IMG/VR virus record: IMGVR_UViG_3300009104_000005
Strand: one strand, 5' to 3'
DNA from: an uncultured virus (IMG/VR IMGVR_UViG_3300009104_000005)
Taxonomy: Duplodnaviria; Heunggongvirae; Uroviricota; Caudoviricetes
DNA length: 58,800 nt
Shown here: positions 46,529 through 55,569 of the stretch, piece after piece
How positions within the stretch are numbered: the first letter of the stretch is position 1
How the letters are laid out: each line of letters opens with the position of its first letter
Translations under genes and position numbers: made by a program
Notes under the pieces: model-generated
Databases searched by the model: none
Seen by the model: only the letters and a program-made list of their open reading frames with translations
Told to the model about the DNA's origin: nothing

Positions 46529-46655
46529 TGGAGAGAGTATAGACAGATGGTCAGAGAAGCATGTAGGTAGCCTAGCATTGACGAGAACTATAGTAGGGTT
46601 CGTCAATGTGGCCTTGAGCGTCATAGTAGTGGCGAAACTATTCGGGTGGATATGA
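46521..46655 (+). CDS. Small single-TM protein
   Basis: TIVGFVNVALSVIVVAKLFGWI. Confidence 0.6.
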   Translation: MVNGESIDRWSEKHVGSLALTRTIVGFVNVALSVIVVAKLFGWI

Positions 46656-46984
46656 TGAAAATGCCACAAGTAGCACCTCATTGTGAGTATTGCGGGAGAA
46701 TAATGTGGGGTAGAGCCTGCAATTGTGATAAGCAACCAAGCCTCAAGAAGAAACTCACAGGCTGGTTCGATGTGAACTCAGACGGAGAACTCACAGTAGA
46801 TGACCTCAGCATAATGGCTGTGGGCCATCATTGGATGCTCATAGGTGGACTATTCATCTTCATCGGCTCGATAGGCAATGTGTTAGGTTGGTGGGCCATC
46901 AATTCAGATGCATTTTGGGCAGCAGCAGGGCTTGCAGCCATAATGGAATATAGAGATGACATCATGAGGGGGAGAAGGAAATGA
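46652..46984 (+). CDS. Membrane protein with EF-hand-like loop and N-terminal Zn knuckle
   Basis: CEYC..CNC, DVNSDGELTVDD, two TM helices. Confidence 0.65.
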   Translation: MMKMPQVAPHCEYCGRIMWGRACNCDKQPSLKKKLTGWFDVNSDGELTVDDLSIMAVGHHWMLIGGLFIFIGSIGNVLGWWAINSDAFWAAAGLAAIMEYRDDIMRGRRK

Positions 46985-47220
46985 GCACAGACGGCTACGA
47001 TAAATGGTCTGTTCGGGAAGTAATAGAGTTCTTAGAAGATAATGAGCAATACGGCGATGATTGGAGCGAACAGAAAAAAGGGTTGAATGCCCTGCTCGCA
47101 GAAGTCAAGCGGTTACAGAAGCGCAACGAATGGTTGGAGGAAGTAGTGGCTCTCGCTCAAGAGCATGGGGCCATTGACCTGTCCGACTATGGATGGCCTC
47201 GATGGGAGGAAGAAGAATGA
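46981..47220 (+). CDS. Small coiled-coil protein
   Basis: LLAEVKRLQKRNEWLE; ends WEEEE. Confidence 0.65.
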   Translation: MSTDGYDKWSVREVIEFLEDNEQYGDDWSEQKKGLNALLAEVKRLQKRNEWLEEVVALAQEHGAIDLSDYGWPRWEEEE

Positions 47221-47573
47221 ATTACATCGGTGCTGGTGCGCTTGAAGACGAGTGGGCAGCGATTGTTGTGGATATCAACATGCATAGACTCAAGAATCGG
47301 GTGAAGAAGGCCCGAAAAATCATAGAGGAGCATGACTTCATCACTATGATTGAGATAAATGCGAATGACCCTGACGAGATAGATTCAGAGATAGTGGATG
47401 ACCTTAACCTTGAGTCTTACCAACTCCACCCATTTCGTGGGGAATACAAAGAAGAACCAGAACACCACTTGAGATACGCGTCCTTTGAAGTGACGAGATG
47501 GAGTGTCTACTATGTGTGCAGTCCTAAGCATTGGAACGCTAGGATGAGTCTCAGTATAGAGGTGAAGACATGA
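47217..47573 (+). CDS. Hypothetical protein
   Basis: ATGA-coupled. Confidence 0.6.
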   Translation: MNYIGAGALEDEWAAIVVDINMHRLKNRVKKARKIIEEHDFITMIEINANDPDEIDSEIVDDLNLESYQLHPFRGEYKEEPEHHLRYASFEVTRWSVYYVCSPKHWNARMSLSIEVKT

Positions 47574-49288
47574 CCAAGACAATTACAGTTAGTTTCAAAC
47601 CACCTGACCGATTAGCGATGAAGTGGCCATACAAACCAAACTATGCAGACATCAACGCTGCTGTGAAGTCCTGTGGGCAGGCTAGATTCAACGGCAACAG
47701 GAAGGAGTGGTCAATACCAGCCAGCGCAGGAGTGCAGGTGGCTAAAGCCATCAAGCCCCACTACCCTGAACTCTCCGAGGCCATCCTAGAGATACCGGAG
47801 ATAGTCACGGCTAACTCAGTAGCAGCAGAGAGAGTGCTTCTCAGTAGTGCGATAGAGGCTGAGCCGATTTGGCTCGCTGGTCTCAAGCATGGAGAACTAG
47901 TGAGGCCTTACCAGTGGGTAGCACCACACATGTTCTCTGCTGGTGGACATAACAGATTGCTCATAGCAGATGACATGGGTTTGGGCAAGTCCCTCCAGGC
48001 TCTCCTGTGTATTCTCTCCGGCCAGTATCAGAGAGTGCTCATCGTCTGCCCCTCTGTGGTCAAGGTGAACTGGGCTAACGAGGTGGAGAAGTGGACAGAG
48101 ATGAATGCATCATTGATATACGGTCAGACGAAGGAATACGAAGTATCCGACATCACAATTATCAATTATGATTTGCTACACGCTAGAGTAGATGAACTTC
48201 TAGCGGACGATTACGACTGTATCGTCTTCGATGAGTGTCACACACTCAAGAATCAAAAGGCCCAGAGAACGAAAGCCGCCAAGAGATTGGCGACTTGGCC
48301 TACAGTCAAGGGGATGATAGCCATGAGTGGCACACCCATTCTGAACAGACCTTCAGAGATATTCACAGTTCTCAACATGCTCAAGCCAGCCACCTTCACC
48401 AACTACTACTTGTTCGGGAAGAAATATTGTGGAGCAATCCACAACGGATATGGCTGGGACTTCGGAGGGGCTAGCAATATAGAGACTAGCGACGATGGGG
48501 TGACCGCACCTCTCAACCACCTACTCAAGGACATCATGCTAAGGAGAACGATGGATGACCCAAGACTGTCAGACCAAATGCCTGACCTGTTGCAGACCAT
48601 CGTGGAGGTAGACATCTCACGCTCGCAGTATGATATAGTCTACAACACACTGATGGATGAGTTGGAGCATTACAGGACAACGGGTAGCGGAAGCATACCC
48701 CCTGGCCTCCTATTGAACATCCTCACAGACCTCAGACACGCCGCTGGAAGAGCCAAGGTAAAGGCGGCAATAGATTGGATTTTGAACTACATACGCACAT
48801 ACGACAAACCGATAGTGGTTTTCGCTCATCACAAAGATGTGGTCGAAGACCTACTCGCTGGTCTCAAGATAGAACTAGCGGGAGACAATTTCGTCTGTGG
48901 TATCACAGGTTCTACCCCAGATAAGCATAGGCAGGACTACATCCAATTATTCCAAGAGGGCTACTGTAAAGTCCTAGTTTGTAGCACACTAGCCATGAAA
49001 GAAGGAGTCAATCTCGACGCTGCAGACACCACACTATTCGTAGAGAGAGAGTGGGTTCCGGCCCATGAGAGGCAAGCAGCCTCGCGTGTGAGACGCATAA
49101 CACAAGAGAGTGATGTGTGCCACCAAGTCATTCTGAGTGCCGCCAACACGGTAGACACCCACTTCGACAAAGTCGTCAGCGAGAAGGAGGCCATCGTAAA
49201 AGCCGCTTTAGATGGCTCAGAGGGCGATAAGATGATAGTCGCTCAAGCAGTCGCAGACTCCCTACTAGCCGGGAGAACGCTGTTATGA
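47570..49288 (+). CDS. SNF2-family helicase with N-terminal HARP-like domain (SMARCAL1-like)
   Basis: ADDMGLGKS, DECH, SGTPILN, EGVNL, QAASRVRR; N-terminal ARFNGNRKEWSIP. Confidence 0.9.
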   Translation: MTKTITVSFKPPDRLAMKWPYKPNYADINAAVKSCGQARFNGNRKEWSIPASAGVQVAKAIKPHYPELSEAILEIPEIVTANSVAAERVLLSSAIEAEPIWLAGLKHGELVRPYQWVAPHMFSAGGHNRLLIADDMGLGKSLQALLCILSGQYQRVLIVCPSVVKVNWANEVEKWTEMNASLIYGQTKEYEVSDITIINYDLLHARVDELLADDYDCIVFDECHTLKNQKAQRTKAAKRLATWPTVKGMIAMSGTPILNRPSEIFTVLNMLKPATFTNYYLFGKKYCGAIHNGYGWDFGGASNIETSDDGVTAPLNHLLKDIMLRRTMDDPRLSDQMPDLLQTIVEVDISRSQYDIVYNTLMDELEHYRTTGSGSIPPGLLLNILTDLRHAAGRAKVKAAIDWILNYIRTYDKPIVVFAHHKDVVEDLLAGLKIELAGDNFVCGITGSTPDKHRQDYIQLFQEGYCKVLVCSTLAMKEGVNLDAADTTLFVEREWVPAHERQAASRVRRITQESDVCHQVILSAANTVDTHFDKVVSEKEAIVKAALDGSEGDKMIVAQAVADSLLAGRTLL

Positions 49289-49497
49289 GGACTGTTAAGA
49301 AATGCTCAGAATGCGGCAACAGAGCCCCTATCCATATAGGCATAGGGACTCGATATTGGTGCAAGGACTGTGCCCACCTAGCACCTGAGACACCGAAACC
49401 TAAGAAGAAGGTGGTGTCAGATGGGCGCGTTAGAATTAGATACAAACTAGGAGAAGAGAAAGATGAGAGCAAAGAGTCAAAAACACGCAGAGTATGA
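49285..49497 (+). CDS. Zn-ribbon protein
   Basis: CSEC...CKDC. Confidence 0.6.
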   Translation: MRTVKKCSECGNRAPIHIGIGTRYWCKDCAHLAPETPKPKKKVVSDGRVRIRYKLGEEKDESKESKTRRV

Positions 49498-49714
49498 GAT
49501 AGTTGAGCATATATTGAATGGTATGCCAGGCTCCCTTACAACAAGAACAGGGGTCTATGAGAGTTTAGGCCCAGAACATGACAAAGCCGCCTACAATAGG
49601 GTAACAATGGCTTGCAACAAACTAAGAGAGGAACTCGAGAGAAAGCAGGAGAAACTTAGGAAGTATCTTCCCAAGGGCCATGCTGACTTTGAAGAGAAAG
49701 GAGAAGAAATATGA
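49463..49714 (+). CDS. Hypothetical protein
   Basis: GGAGAAG RBS. Confidence 0.65.
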   Translation: MRAKSQKHAEYEIVEHILNGMPGSLTTRTGVYESLGPEHDKAAYNRVTMACNKLREELERKQEKLRKYLPKGHADFEEKGEEI

Positions 49715-50010
49715 CGATAATAGAGAAGTTAAACGAGATAGAAGAAGAGACGAAAGCACTAGCACACCAAGCGCAGTTGCTAGAGGAGAATAAGAGGAAC
49801 TACGAAGGTCTCCTAGAGTGCGAGGTTCATGACCATGTATGGAAACTAGGGGGAGTAGGTTCCAACCTTAGACATGTGCAGACGGTACACATAGAGTGTG
49901 AGAGATGTAAATGCTATGTATTGTATACTGTAGGAATAGTTGGGGAAATGCCAATCAGACACCACACGGAGGTTCTCGTAAGAGACCTAATCCCAGAGGA
50001 GGACGAGTGA
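49711..50010 (+). CDS. Hypothetical coiled-coil/Zn protein
   Basis: CEVHDH..CERC. Confidence 0.65.
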   Translation: MTIIEKLNEIEEETKALAHQAQLLEENKRNYEGLLECEVHDHVWKLGGVGSNLRHVQTVHIECERCKCYVLYTVGIVGEMPIRHHTEVLVRDLIPEEDE

Positions 50011-50346
50011 ATGGGACTGGTTCATACACCTCTAAGTGTTTTTGACCTAAATGAAGACGGTTTCGTTGAACACGAAGGGGAGACAATGGTAATAGACGAA
50101 TTCACCATAGACAATGAAATGGTGAAAATTGAAAGTGTAATGACTGCTGAGACTGCACCAGGTTTCAACTACAAATTGAGAAACATGGGATGTGCATGTA
50201 AGAAAACGGTGGGGCGAGACATGATAACTCTCTTGGCTAGAAGGCACTACATAGGCCCTTGCTATGAGTGTGAGAAGTGGAACTCTTGGGTGCGTAGCAG
50301 AAAGCGAAGTCTATATGAGTTGTACAAAGAGGGGTTGGGCCTATGA
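50011..50346 (+). CDS. Hypothetical protein
   Basis: CAC..CYEC; GGAGG RBS. Confidence 0.6.
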   Translation: MGLVHTPLSVFDLNEDGFVEHEGETMVIDEFTIDNEMVKIESVMTAETAPGFNYKLRNMGCACKKTVGRDMITLLARRHYIGPCYECEKWNSWVRSRKRSLYELYKEGLGL

Positions 50347-51017
50347 GCGAGAAACATTGGGAGCCTACCGAGGAAGATTTAGAATGGACTAGAGGGGTAG
50401 TCGAAAGTCTAGAGATGGGGCAAGACTGGATGGAGGGGGAGATGGCGTTTCGCAAGACGGGGGACGCCACTCTCACCCTCCTCACTAGGACTGAGAGAGC
50501 CGAGAGCGCTATGCGCAGAGTAGAAGTTGTGTTGCAAATGATAGGTTGGCATCTAGAAATGGGGCAAGCCAAAATAATCCCCGATGACCCCCAACTAGCC
50601 GCCGAGATGATGCAGAAAGAAGCACAATCTTGGTTATGCCCCCATTGTAATGAAATACCAGTAGTCAATATGGACTTAGAGAATGCTGGGTGGGATATAG
50701 TAGGTAACAACCAATTCGTAGATGAGAGTGGACACGAGACGGTCACCGATAGATGGGTGATAGGGGTCACTTGCGATTGTGAGGAAGTGATATATCTCAG
50801 CCCCGATGACTACTATCTGATTGCTGGAGATGAACTCTTTTACATTTGGGAGGGCTGGTTTCCCATCCAACCTGAGCAAATCGTGGAAGCAGTAGATAAA
50901 GGATATTGGGAAGACCTATATGCTCAGCCTCTTGGTAGCGAGTGGGACGGCAAACCCGTCCCCCTGCACATGAGAGGACTCATGTGTGTAAGAAGAAAAG
51001 GAGAGGAAGAAGAATGA
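50343..51017 (+). CDS. Acidic hypothetical protein with Zn ribbon
   Basis: CPHC..CDC; ends GEEEE. Confidence 0.75.
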   Translation: MSEKHWEPTEEDLEWTRGVVESLEMGQDWMEGEMAFRKTGDATLTLLTRTERAESAMRRVEVVLQMIGWHLEMGQAKIIPDDPQLAAEMMQKEAQSWLCPHCNEIPVVNMDLENAGWDIVGNNQFVDESGHETVTDRWVIGVTCDCEEVIYLSPDDYYLIAGDELFYIWEGWFPIQPEQIVEAVDKGYWEDLYAQPLGSEWDGKPVPLHMRGLMCVRRKGEEEE

Positions 51018-51262
51018 GAACTACACGCCTAAGACAGAACATTAAGAAATACCTAGCAACAAACGGTGAGTGCAATACCACACAAATACTGGAGCACATC
51101 AATAACACTATGAGGCACGGCACAACTCCCCAGCAATTGGGGAATGTGCTGTCCAAAGATAAGGACATTGTGAAAGTCAGTAGCACTCGTCGCGCAGGTG
51201 CGCTCAGCGGACGCTATGAGATATGCGTGTGGGCGCTCGCGTCCGCGCCCGCGCTTGAGTGA
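51014..51262 (+). CDS. Small winged-helix protein resembling a conserved Thermoplasmata family (DUF3860-like)
   Basis: MRTTRLRQNIKKYL..NTTQILEHIN..RHGTTPQQLGNVLSKDKDI..SGRYEICVW. Confidence 0.7.
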   Translation: MRTTRLRQNIKKYLATNGECNTTQILEHINNTMRHGTTPQQLGNVLSKDKDIVKVSSTRRAGALSGRYEICVWALASAPALE

Positions 51263-51423
51263 TGCGCGTGGGCGGGTTGAGAAACCCTCGCACGCATTGC
51301 GATGACTGCGGGGTCTTACTGACTAACGGGAACACCAGAGGTAACCTGAGGAACGCAATAACCTGTGGGAAATGCTATTTGGCATGGAAACAGAGGAAAA
51401 GGGAGAGGGAGAGAGAAAAATGA
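51262..51423 (+). CDS. 53-aa Zn-finger peptide
   Basis: CDDC...CGKC; TGATG and ATGA overlaps. Confidence 0.55.
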   Translation: MRVGGLRNPRTHCDDCGVLLTNGNTRGNLRNAITCGKCYLAWKQRKREREREK

Positions 51424-52763
51424 TGCTCGATGATGCTGCTATCTTAGTTGCTGCTGTTAACACAGCAGAGAATAGGGAGCAAGAGAGATTGCTTTACGAC
51501 TTCCTAGTGGAGAACAAAGTGGAGATAGAGGAGTTTTGTTCCCTACTCTATGGGCCAGCCATTCTCAAACCTGAACACATCATGAGTGCTCTCCACAGAG
51601 GACTAGGTATGTTCCCCGAGGAGTTTGAACTCATAGAGGGAACACCACTAGTCCCTGCACTAGTATCAGAATCACCAGATGAATGTGAAGATAGTATGAC
51701 TATCCCAGAGGCCCTATCATGTGTCTCAGAACTGAGAGTGATAGAGACAGCCCCTGACATCAGGGCCATCTTCGCTAAGATGGATAAGAGGTCTGCTGAA
51801 GCCCTATGGTGCAGAGCACTCGGGGAAAGGCCAGTTTTGCCTCGAAAGAGGCTGCTCAGGGCCGTTGCTCACGGCGGAGGTAAATACCCCCCTGAGAGAC
51901 TTACAAGCGCTCTAGCAGTGGAGAATATCGCTGTGGTCTTAGAGAGGGCTATCGAAGAGACTCTTTCTGATGAGTTTCGCATCCAACCCGGACACCCATT
52001 CAGAGCCCCATCATTTGGCCCCTGGAAATATTGGTCTGTCCCATTTCTGAACACCTACTATGAGATAGTATCAGGCCCACGCAGGTACGCACACCAAGTT
52101 GACGAAAAAGTCTTCGTCTATGATGGGATGGGGGAATTGGTCCCCAATGCCCCTGTAAACATCACTATAGGTGGAGATTGTGTAGTTTTGGTAGATGAAG
52201 AAGGTGATGTGATTGAATGGCTCCACTCCGAGGCTAACCCCGACCAATGGGAGATGGACTACAGAGGGAGGTCAGTTAATCCTCAGAGAGTGAGAGATGC
52301 CGCACATCTCAGGGCATTATCACAGAGCCTAGAGGATGGGGAAGTACTCAGACTGATTGACGGAGAAAAACCACACATCCATGGCCAGCATAGAGGGGGC
52401 TTCATCCAGCCAAAAAGAATCTATGAGATGCCACTTCTCATAACCCAAGCCCGAGAGCAGAAGAACGGGGAATGGATAGACTTGAGGATAGAGGCCCTAG
52501 ATGGCTTCGACCCCATTCATGTAGGGTATGCCAATGTCAAGAGAGAGAATCTCCCTAACCACCCTATACTCACAGAAGGTTGTAAGAGAAAGGTGTGGAC
52601 TGAACTTGAAACACCCTTAGTGGGCTTATTCCATGCCCTGAGATGTAGAGACCACAGACTTGAGGGGGCTTACCTAGTCCGCATAGACACAGGGCTAGGA
52701 GTAAGTGACGCTCTCCAATACGGGGATATCATAGAGAGGGAAGGTAATGGACAGGCACGATGA
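51420..52763 (+). CDS. ATP-dependent DNA ligase homolog, apparently catalytically inactive
   Basis: Ligase-like layout (helical DNA-binding domain, IQPGHPF, then EIVSGPRRYAH where ExKxDGxR is expected, OB-like C-terminus ending VRIDT). Confidence 0.55.
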   Translation: MMLDDAAILVAAVNTAENREQERLLYDFLVENKVEIEEFCSLLYGPAILKPEHIMSALHRGLGMFPEEFELIEGTPLVPALVSESPDECEDSMTIPEALSCVSELRVIETAPDIRAIFAKMDKRSAEALWCRALGERPVLPRKRLLRAVAHGGGKYPPERLTSALAVENIAVVLERAIEETLSDEFRIQPGHPFRAPSFGPWKYWSVPFLNTYYEIVSGPRRYAHQVDEKVFVYDGMGELVPNAPVNITIGGDCVVLVDEEGDVIEWLHSEANPDQWEMDYRGRSVNPQRVRDAAHLRALSQSLEDGEVLRLIDGEKPHIHGQHRGGFIQPKRIYEMPLLITQAREQKNGEWIDLRIEALDGFDPIHVGYANVKRENLPNHPILTEGCKRKVWTELETPLVGLFHALRCRDHRLEGAYLVRIDTGLGVSDALQYGDIIEREGNGQAR

Positions 52764-53106
52764 TTTCTTCCTAGCATGGCTAGCCCGAGATGCTCGCTTC
52801 CAAGCCAGCATCCACTTTTCACCCAAGCGAAAACTGGGTTACAAAGTACATCGGAAGGTGTATACCAGTATGGAAGACGAGCCCGAATTGAATTTATGGC
52901 TTGCAACAAAGGGTGTACACGGTAGAGTGTTGAAGGATACAGAGCAGATACAGAAGGTCCTATCCCTTCTAGCGCCCGTGTGGGAGGCTGTGAAGGACAG
53001 GGGCAACCTACAGAAGTTGCTACTCACTATGGACGCCCCAACTGCTCGTAAGATGAATCACGACGATATTGCTGACCTCATGAGACAGTTCGAGGAAATA
53101 GTATAA
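52747..53106 (+). CDS. Degenerate LAGLIDADG-fold protein
   Basis: FFLAWLARDARFQASIHFSPKRKLGYKV aligns with I-CreI-type LAGFVDGDGSF..I......GY.V. Confidence 0.5.
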   Translation: MDRHDDFFLAWLARDARFQASIHFSPKRKLGYKVHRKVYTSMEDEPELNLWLATKGVHGRVLKDTEQIQKVLSLLAPVWEAVKDRGNLQKLLLTMDAPTARKMNHDDIADLMRQFEEIV

Positions 53107-53107
53107 G
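53095..53107 (+). promoter_or_regulatory. BRE/TATA-like promoter for RFC operon
   Basis: gaaatagtataag about 30 nt before ATG 53134. Confidence 0.45.
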
Positions 53108-53133
53108 CACTAGGGGTACATCGGAGGGTTTCC

Positions 53134-54057
53134 ATGTTGACATTTGACGACTTAATTGGGAGCGATGACTCCACTCACCCTATCTACAAGGTAAAGGGGA
53201 TGTGCGAATCAGGGTCTGTCCCTGACCTTCTGTTCGTGGGCCCTCCGGGCACTGGTAAGACATCTACAGCACTAGCCATAGGTCATTTACTAGACGCTGA
53301 AGTCCATGAGTTTAATGCCTCTGACGAGCGTGGTATAGACTTCATACGCACGCGTGTAAAACAGGTAGCAACACAGCGTGGCTACAACGATATCACCATC
53401 ATACTACTCGATGAGGCTGACGGCCTCACAAGACAGGCCCAAGACGCCCTACGCAGGACGATAGAGAAGGGCCATGCACTTTTCATACTCACAGCCAACG
53501 AGGAGGCTAACATCATACCCGCGTTGCGCTCGCGCTGCCACACACTACATTTCGAGCCATATGGGACCACACATGTGCATGCATTTCTGCAGAAGAACTT
53601 CAGACACCTGTGTAAGTCAACATACGGGTGGAACGGCTACAATATTGGCAAGATAGGTATGGCTTTCAATGGAGACCTCCGTAGTATCGGCATAGCGGCC
53701 CAAACTGTGCAGGATGCTAGAGAACTCGAGAATATGGCTACCATCAAAGCAGAAATGTTGTCTGAGGCATCCCTCTCCGTTGCTGGTGGAGATTGGGCAT
53801 CATTGAGAGAGGAACTCTACTCACTCAACCAGCCCGGCAGAAATATGATGACTATACTCAATATGTTGCACGATAGAGTGCGCGATTTAGACATGGAGCC
53901 AGATAGGTTCCACCACTACTCCAAGGTATGGGGGGACGCAGTCCTTTCGACCCACCAATGGCCCTTAGATAACAGAGGGTTTATTGACTGGTTCGTGGGG
54001 TCTCTGTCCCTCCCTAACGGGAGAGAAGAGAAGAGTATGAGGAGTGAAAATGAGTAG
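53134..54057 (+). CDS. rfcS: Replication factor C small subunit (clamp loader)
   Basis: GPPGTGKT, EFNASDERG, LLDEADGL, SRC, GDLR. Confidence 0.93.
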   Translation: MLTFDDLIGSDDSTHPIYKVKGMCESGSVPDLLFVGPPGTGKTSTALAIGHLLDAEVHEFNASDERGIDFIRTRVKQVATQRGYNDITIILLDEADGLTRQAQDALRRTIEKGHALFILTANEEANIIPALRSRCHTLHFEPYGTTHVHAFLQKNFRHLCKSTYGWNGYNIGKIGMAFNGDLRSIGIAAQTVQDARELENMATIKAEMLSEASLSVAGGDWASLREELYSLNQPGRNMMTILNMLHDRVRDLDMEPDRFHHYSKVWGDAVLSTHQWPLDNRGFIDWFVGSLSLPNGREEKSMRSENE

Positions 54058-55381
54058 CCTGAAGAAAGAAGAGAATAAACTGCCAGAAGAAGTATTGGAA
54101 AGACTACATTGGTATGCCGAACAGCATAGTATCAGCCAAGACAAAGCCGTAGAGCAATACCTCGGTTATATCGAGGAGCATCTAGGTATAGTCAATACCC
54201 AAGAGGAAGATGATGACTTCCTAGTGGATGCCGCTGAGACCTTTGTTGTCGAGAGAAGGGTAATGAGCACACCGGGAGGTAGTTCCACAGAGTTAGTGGG
54301 ATGCTTCGTGGCTGTTGAACCCAAGATACGAGACAAAAGAGAGAATGTAAGAGAGTATGCTATACAATCCGCCAAAGAAGACCTAGGTGCTGCTATCGAG
54401 AAAGGTACAGTAGCCAGAGCCTTCGTGGAAAACGGAGTATGGATGCTTGAGAAGGCCATGGGAATAGTGGCGTCAACCCAAGAGAGGTTTGACGAGGACA
54501 ATGACCCTTGGTTCCTAGTTAGGGACAGTGGGATGACATTAGCCATTCTACAAGAGAACCCTGATTGGGCCAGACATGGTGAGCCTATCTCACCCTATCT
54601 GTTCAGTAGAACCTACCGATTCTATGGTAACGCCCCCGAGAAGTTCGAGGATGAAATGCAACTGTTCAGAATTGATGTGAGTGGCTCCACTGAGTTGAGC
54701 GTATCTCAAGAAGTAGTGTTCGGTGAGCCTTGCACCGTTAAGGTGAGGCCTCAAGGAGACAATGTGAGTCCCGGTTGGGAGGATATGTGGCGAGGAGTGA
54801 GCAATTTCTTCAAGTCAATCAACTACAACAAGGAGTTCGTGAGCGAGGATGATAGGGAATACCTCAAGGGTGACCTGTTAATGGGTGGTATGGACTGCTA
54901 TGTGTCAGACCTATCTGACCTGATGGATGTCTATCGTGCAGAGTCTGAGACCATAGAAGGGTTCGACAACCCCATCGGTCCTTTAGTTTGCATTAAGGGA
55001 AAAGTCACAGATATCAACCAGACAGGATATGAGAGCGAATATGACCCAGCAGGTGTCAATTACACCATGAGAGTGTCATCATTCGCCCTACAAAGGGAGT
55101 TCCCGGACAACATGTGGAGACAAGAGGTCTCTGTTAGGGTCCATGGGTTCCTAGGTCAGGATTGTCATGCATTCGACTACAAGGGTCGAAAGGGCTGGAA
55201 ACCCTACGCAGTGAAATCAACAGTCTACATCTTTGGTAGGTTGGGATTGAGAGCCGTAGAGGATGGTCAACAAGAAGTGCCCACAATCAGGGCTTTGGGA
55301 GTATATGCCCCACCTAGGCTAGCCATACCGGCTGGTGAAGGTGGGAATACTTCACTAGACCAGTTCAAGGGGGTAGAGTGA
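54050..55381 (+). CDS. Putative ssDNA-binding (RPA-like OB-fold) replication protein
   Basis: Position between RFC and recombinase/PCNA; beta-rich OB-like segments (VCIKGKVTDI, TVYIFGRL). Confidence 0.45.
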   Translation: MSSLKKEENKLPEEVLERLHWYAEQHSISQDKAVEQYLGYIEEHLGIVNTQEEDDDFLVDAAETFVVERRVMSTPGGSSTELVGCFVAVEPKIRDKRENVREYAIQSAKEDLGAAIEKGTVARAFVENGVWMLEKAMGIVASTQERFDEDNDPWFLVRDSGMTLAILQENPDWARHGEPISPYLFSRTYRFYGNAPEKFEDEMQLFRIDVSGSTELSVSQEVVFGEPCTVKVRPQGDNVSPGWEDMWRGVSNFFKSINYNKEFVSEDDREYLKGDLLMGGMDCYVSDLSDLMDVYRAESETIEGFDNPIGPLVCIKGKVTDINQTGYESEYDPAGVNYTMRVSSFALQREFPDNMWRQEVSVRVHGFLGQDCHAFDYKGRKGWKPYAVKSTVYIFGRLGLRAVEDGQQEVPTIRALGVYAPPRLAIPAGEGGNTSLDQFKGVE

Positions 55382-55569
55382 TGGGGTTCTTCAAGAATAT
55401 AGACATCATGCTACACAATGGTGAGGATGACAAAACCATCGCTAAGTGGATTCGTGAGAATGCTAAGGACCCGAATATCAGTAAGGAGGAGTCTCTAGAC
55501 ATGACAGCCGAAATGAGGCATATGTGGGAATCTGCTCGTGAGAATCACTATAGGGGGTTCAACCAATGA
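55378..55569 (+). CDS. Small hypothetical protein
   Basis: Coupled at both ends. Confidence 0.6.
   Translation: MMGFFKNIDIMLHNGEDDKTIAKWIRENAKDPNISKEESLDMTAEMRHMWESARENHYRGFNQ

Noticed and set aside
38572..51017. CRISPR or mini-array reading of the repeated junction motif and the 23-bp repeat
   Set aside because: Spacing is irregular and gene-sized, the repeats are RBS/start modules, and no cas genes are present.
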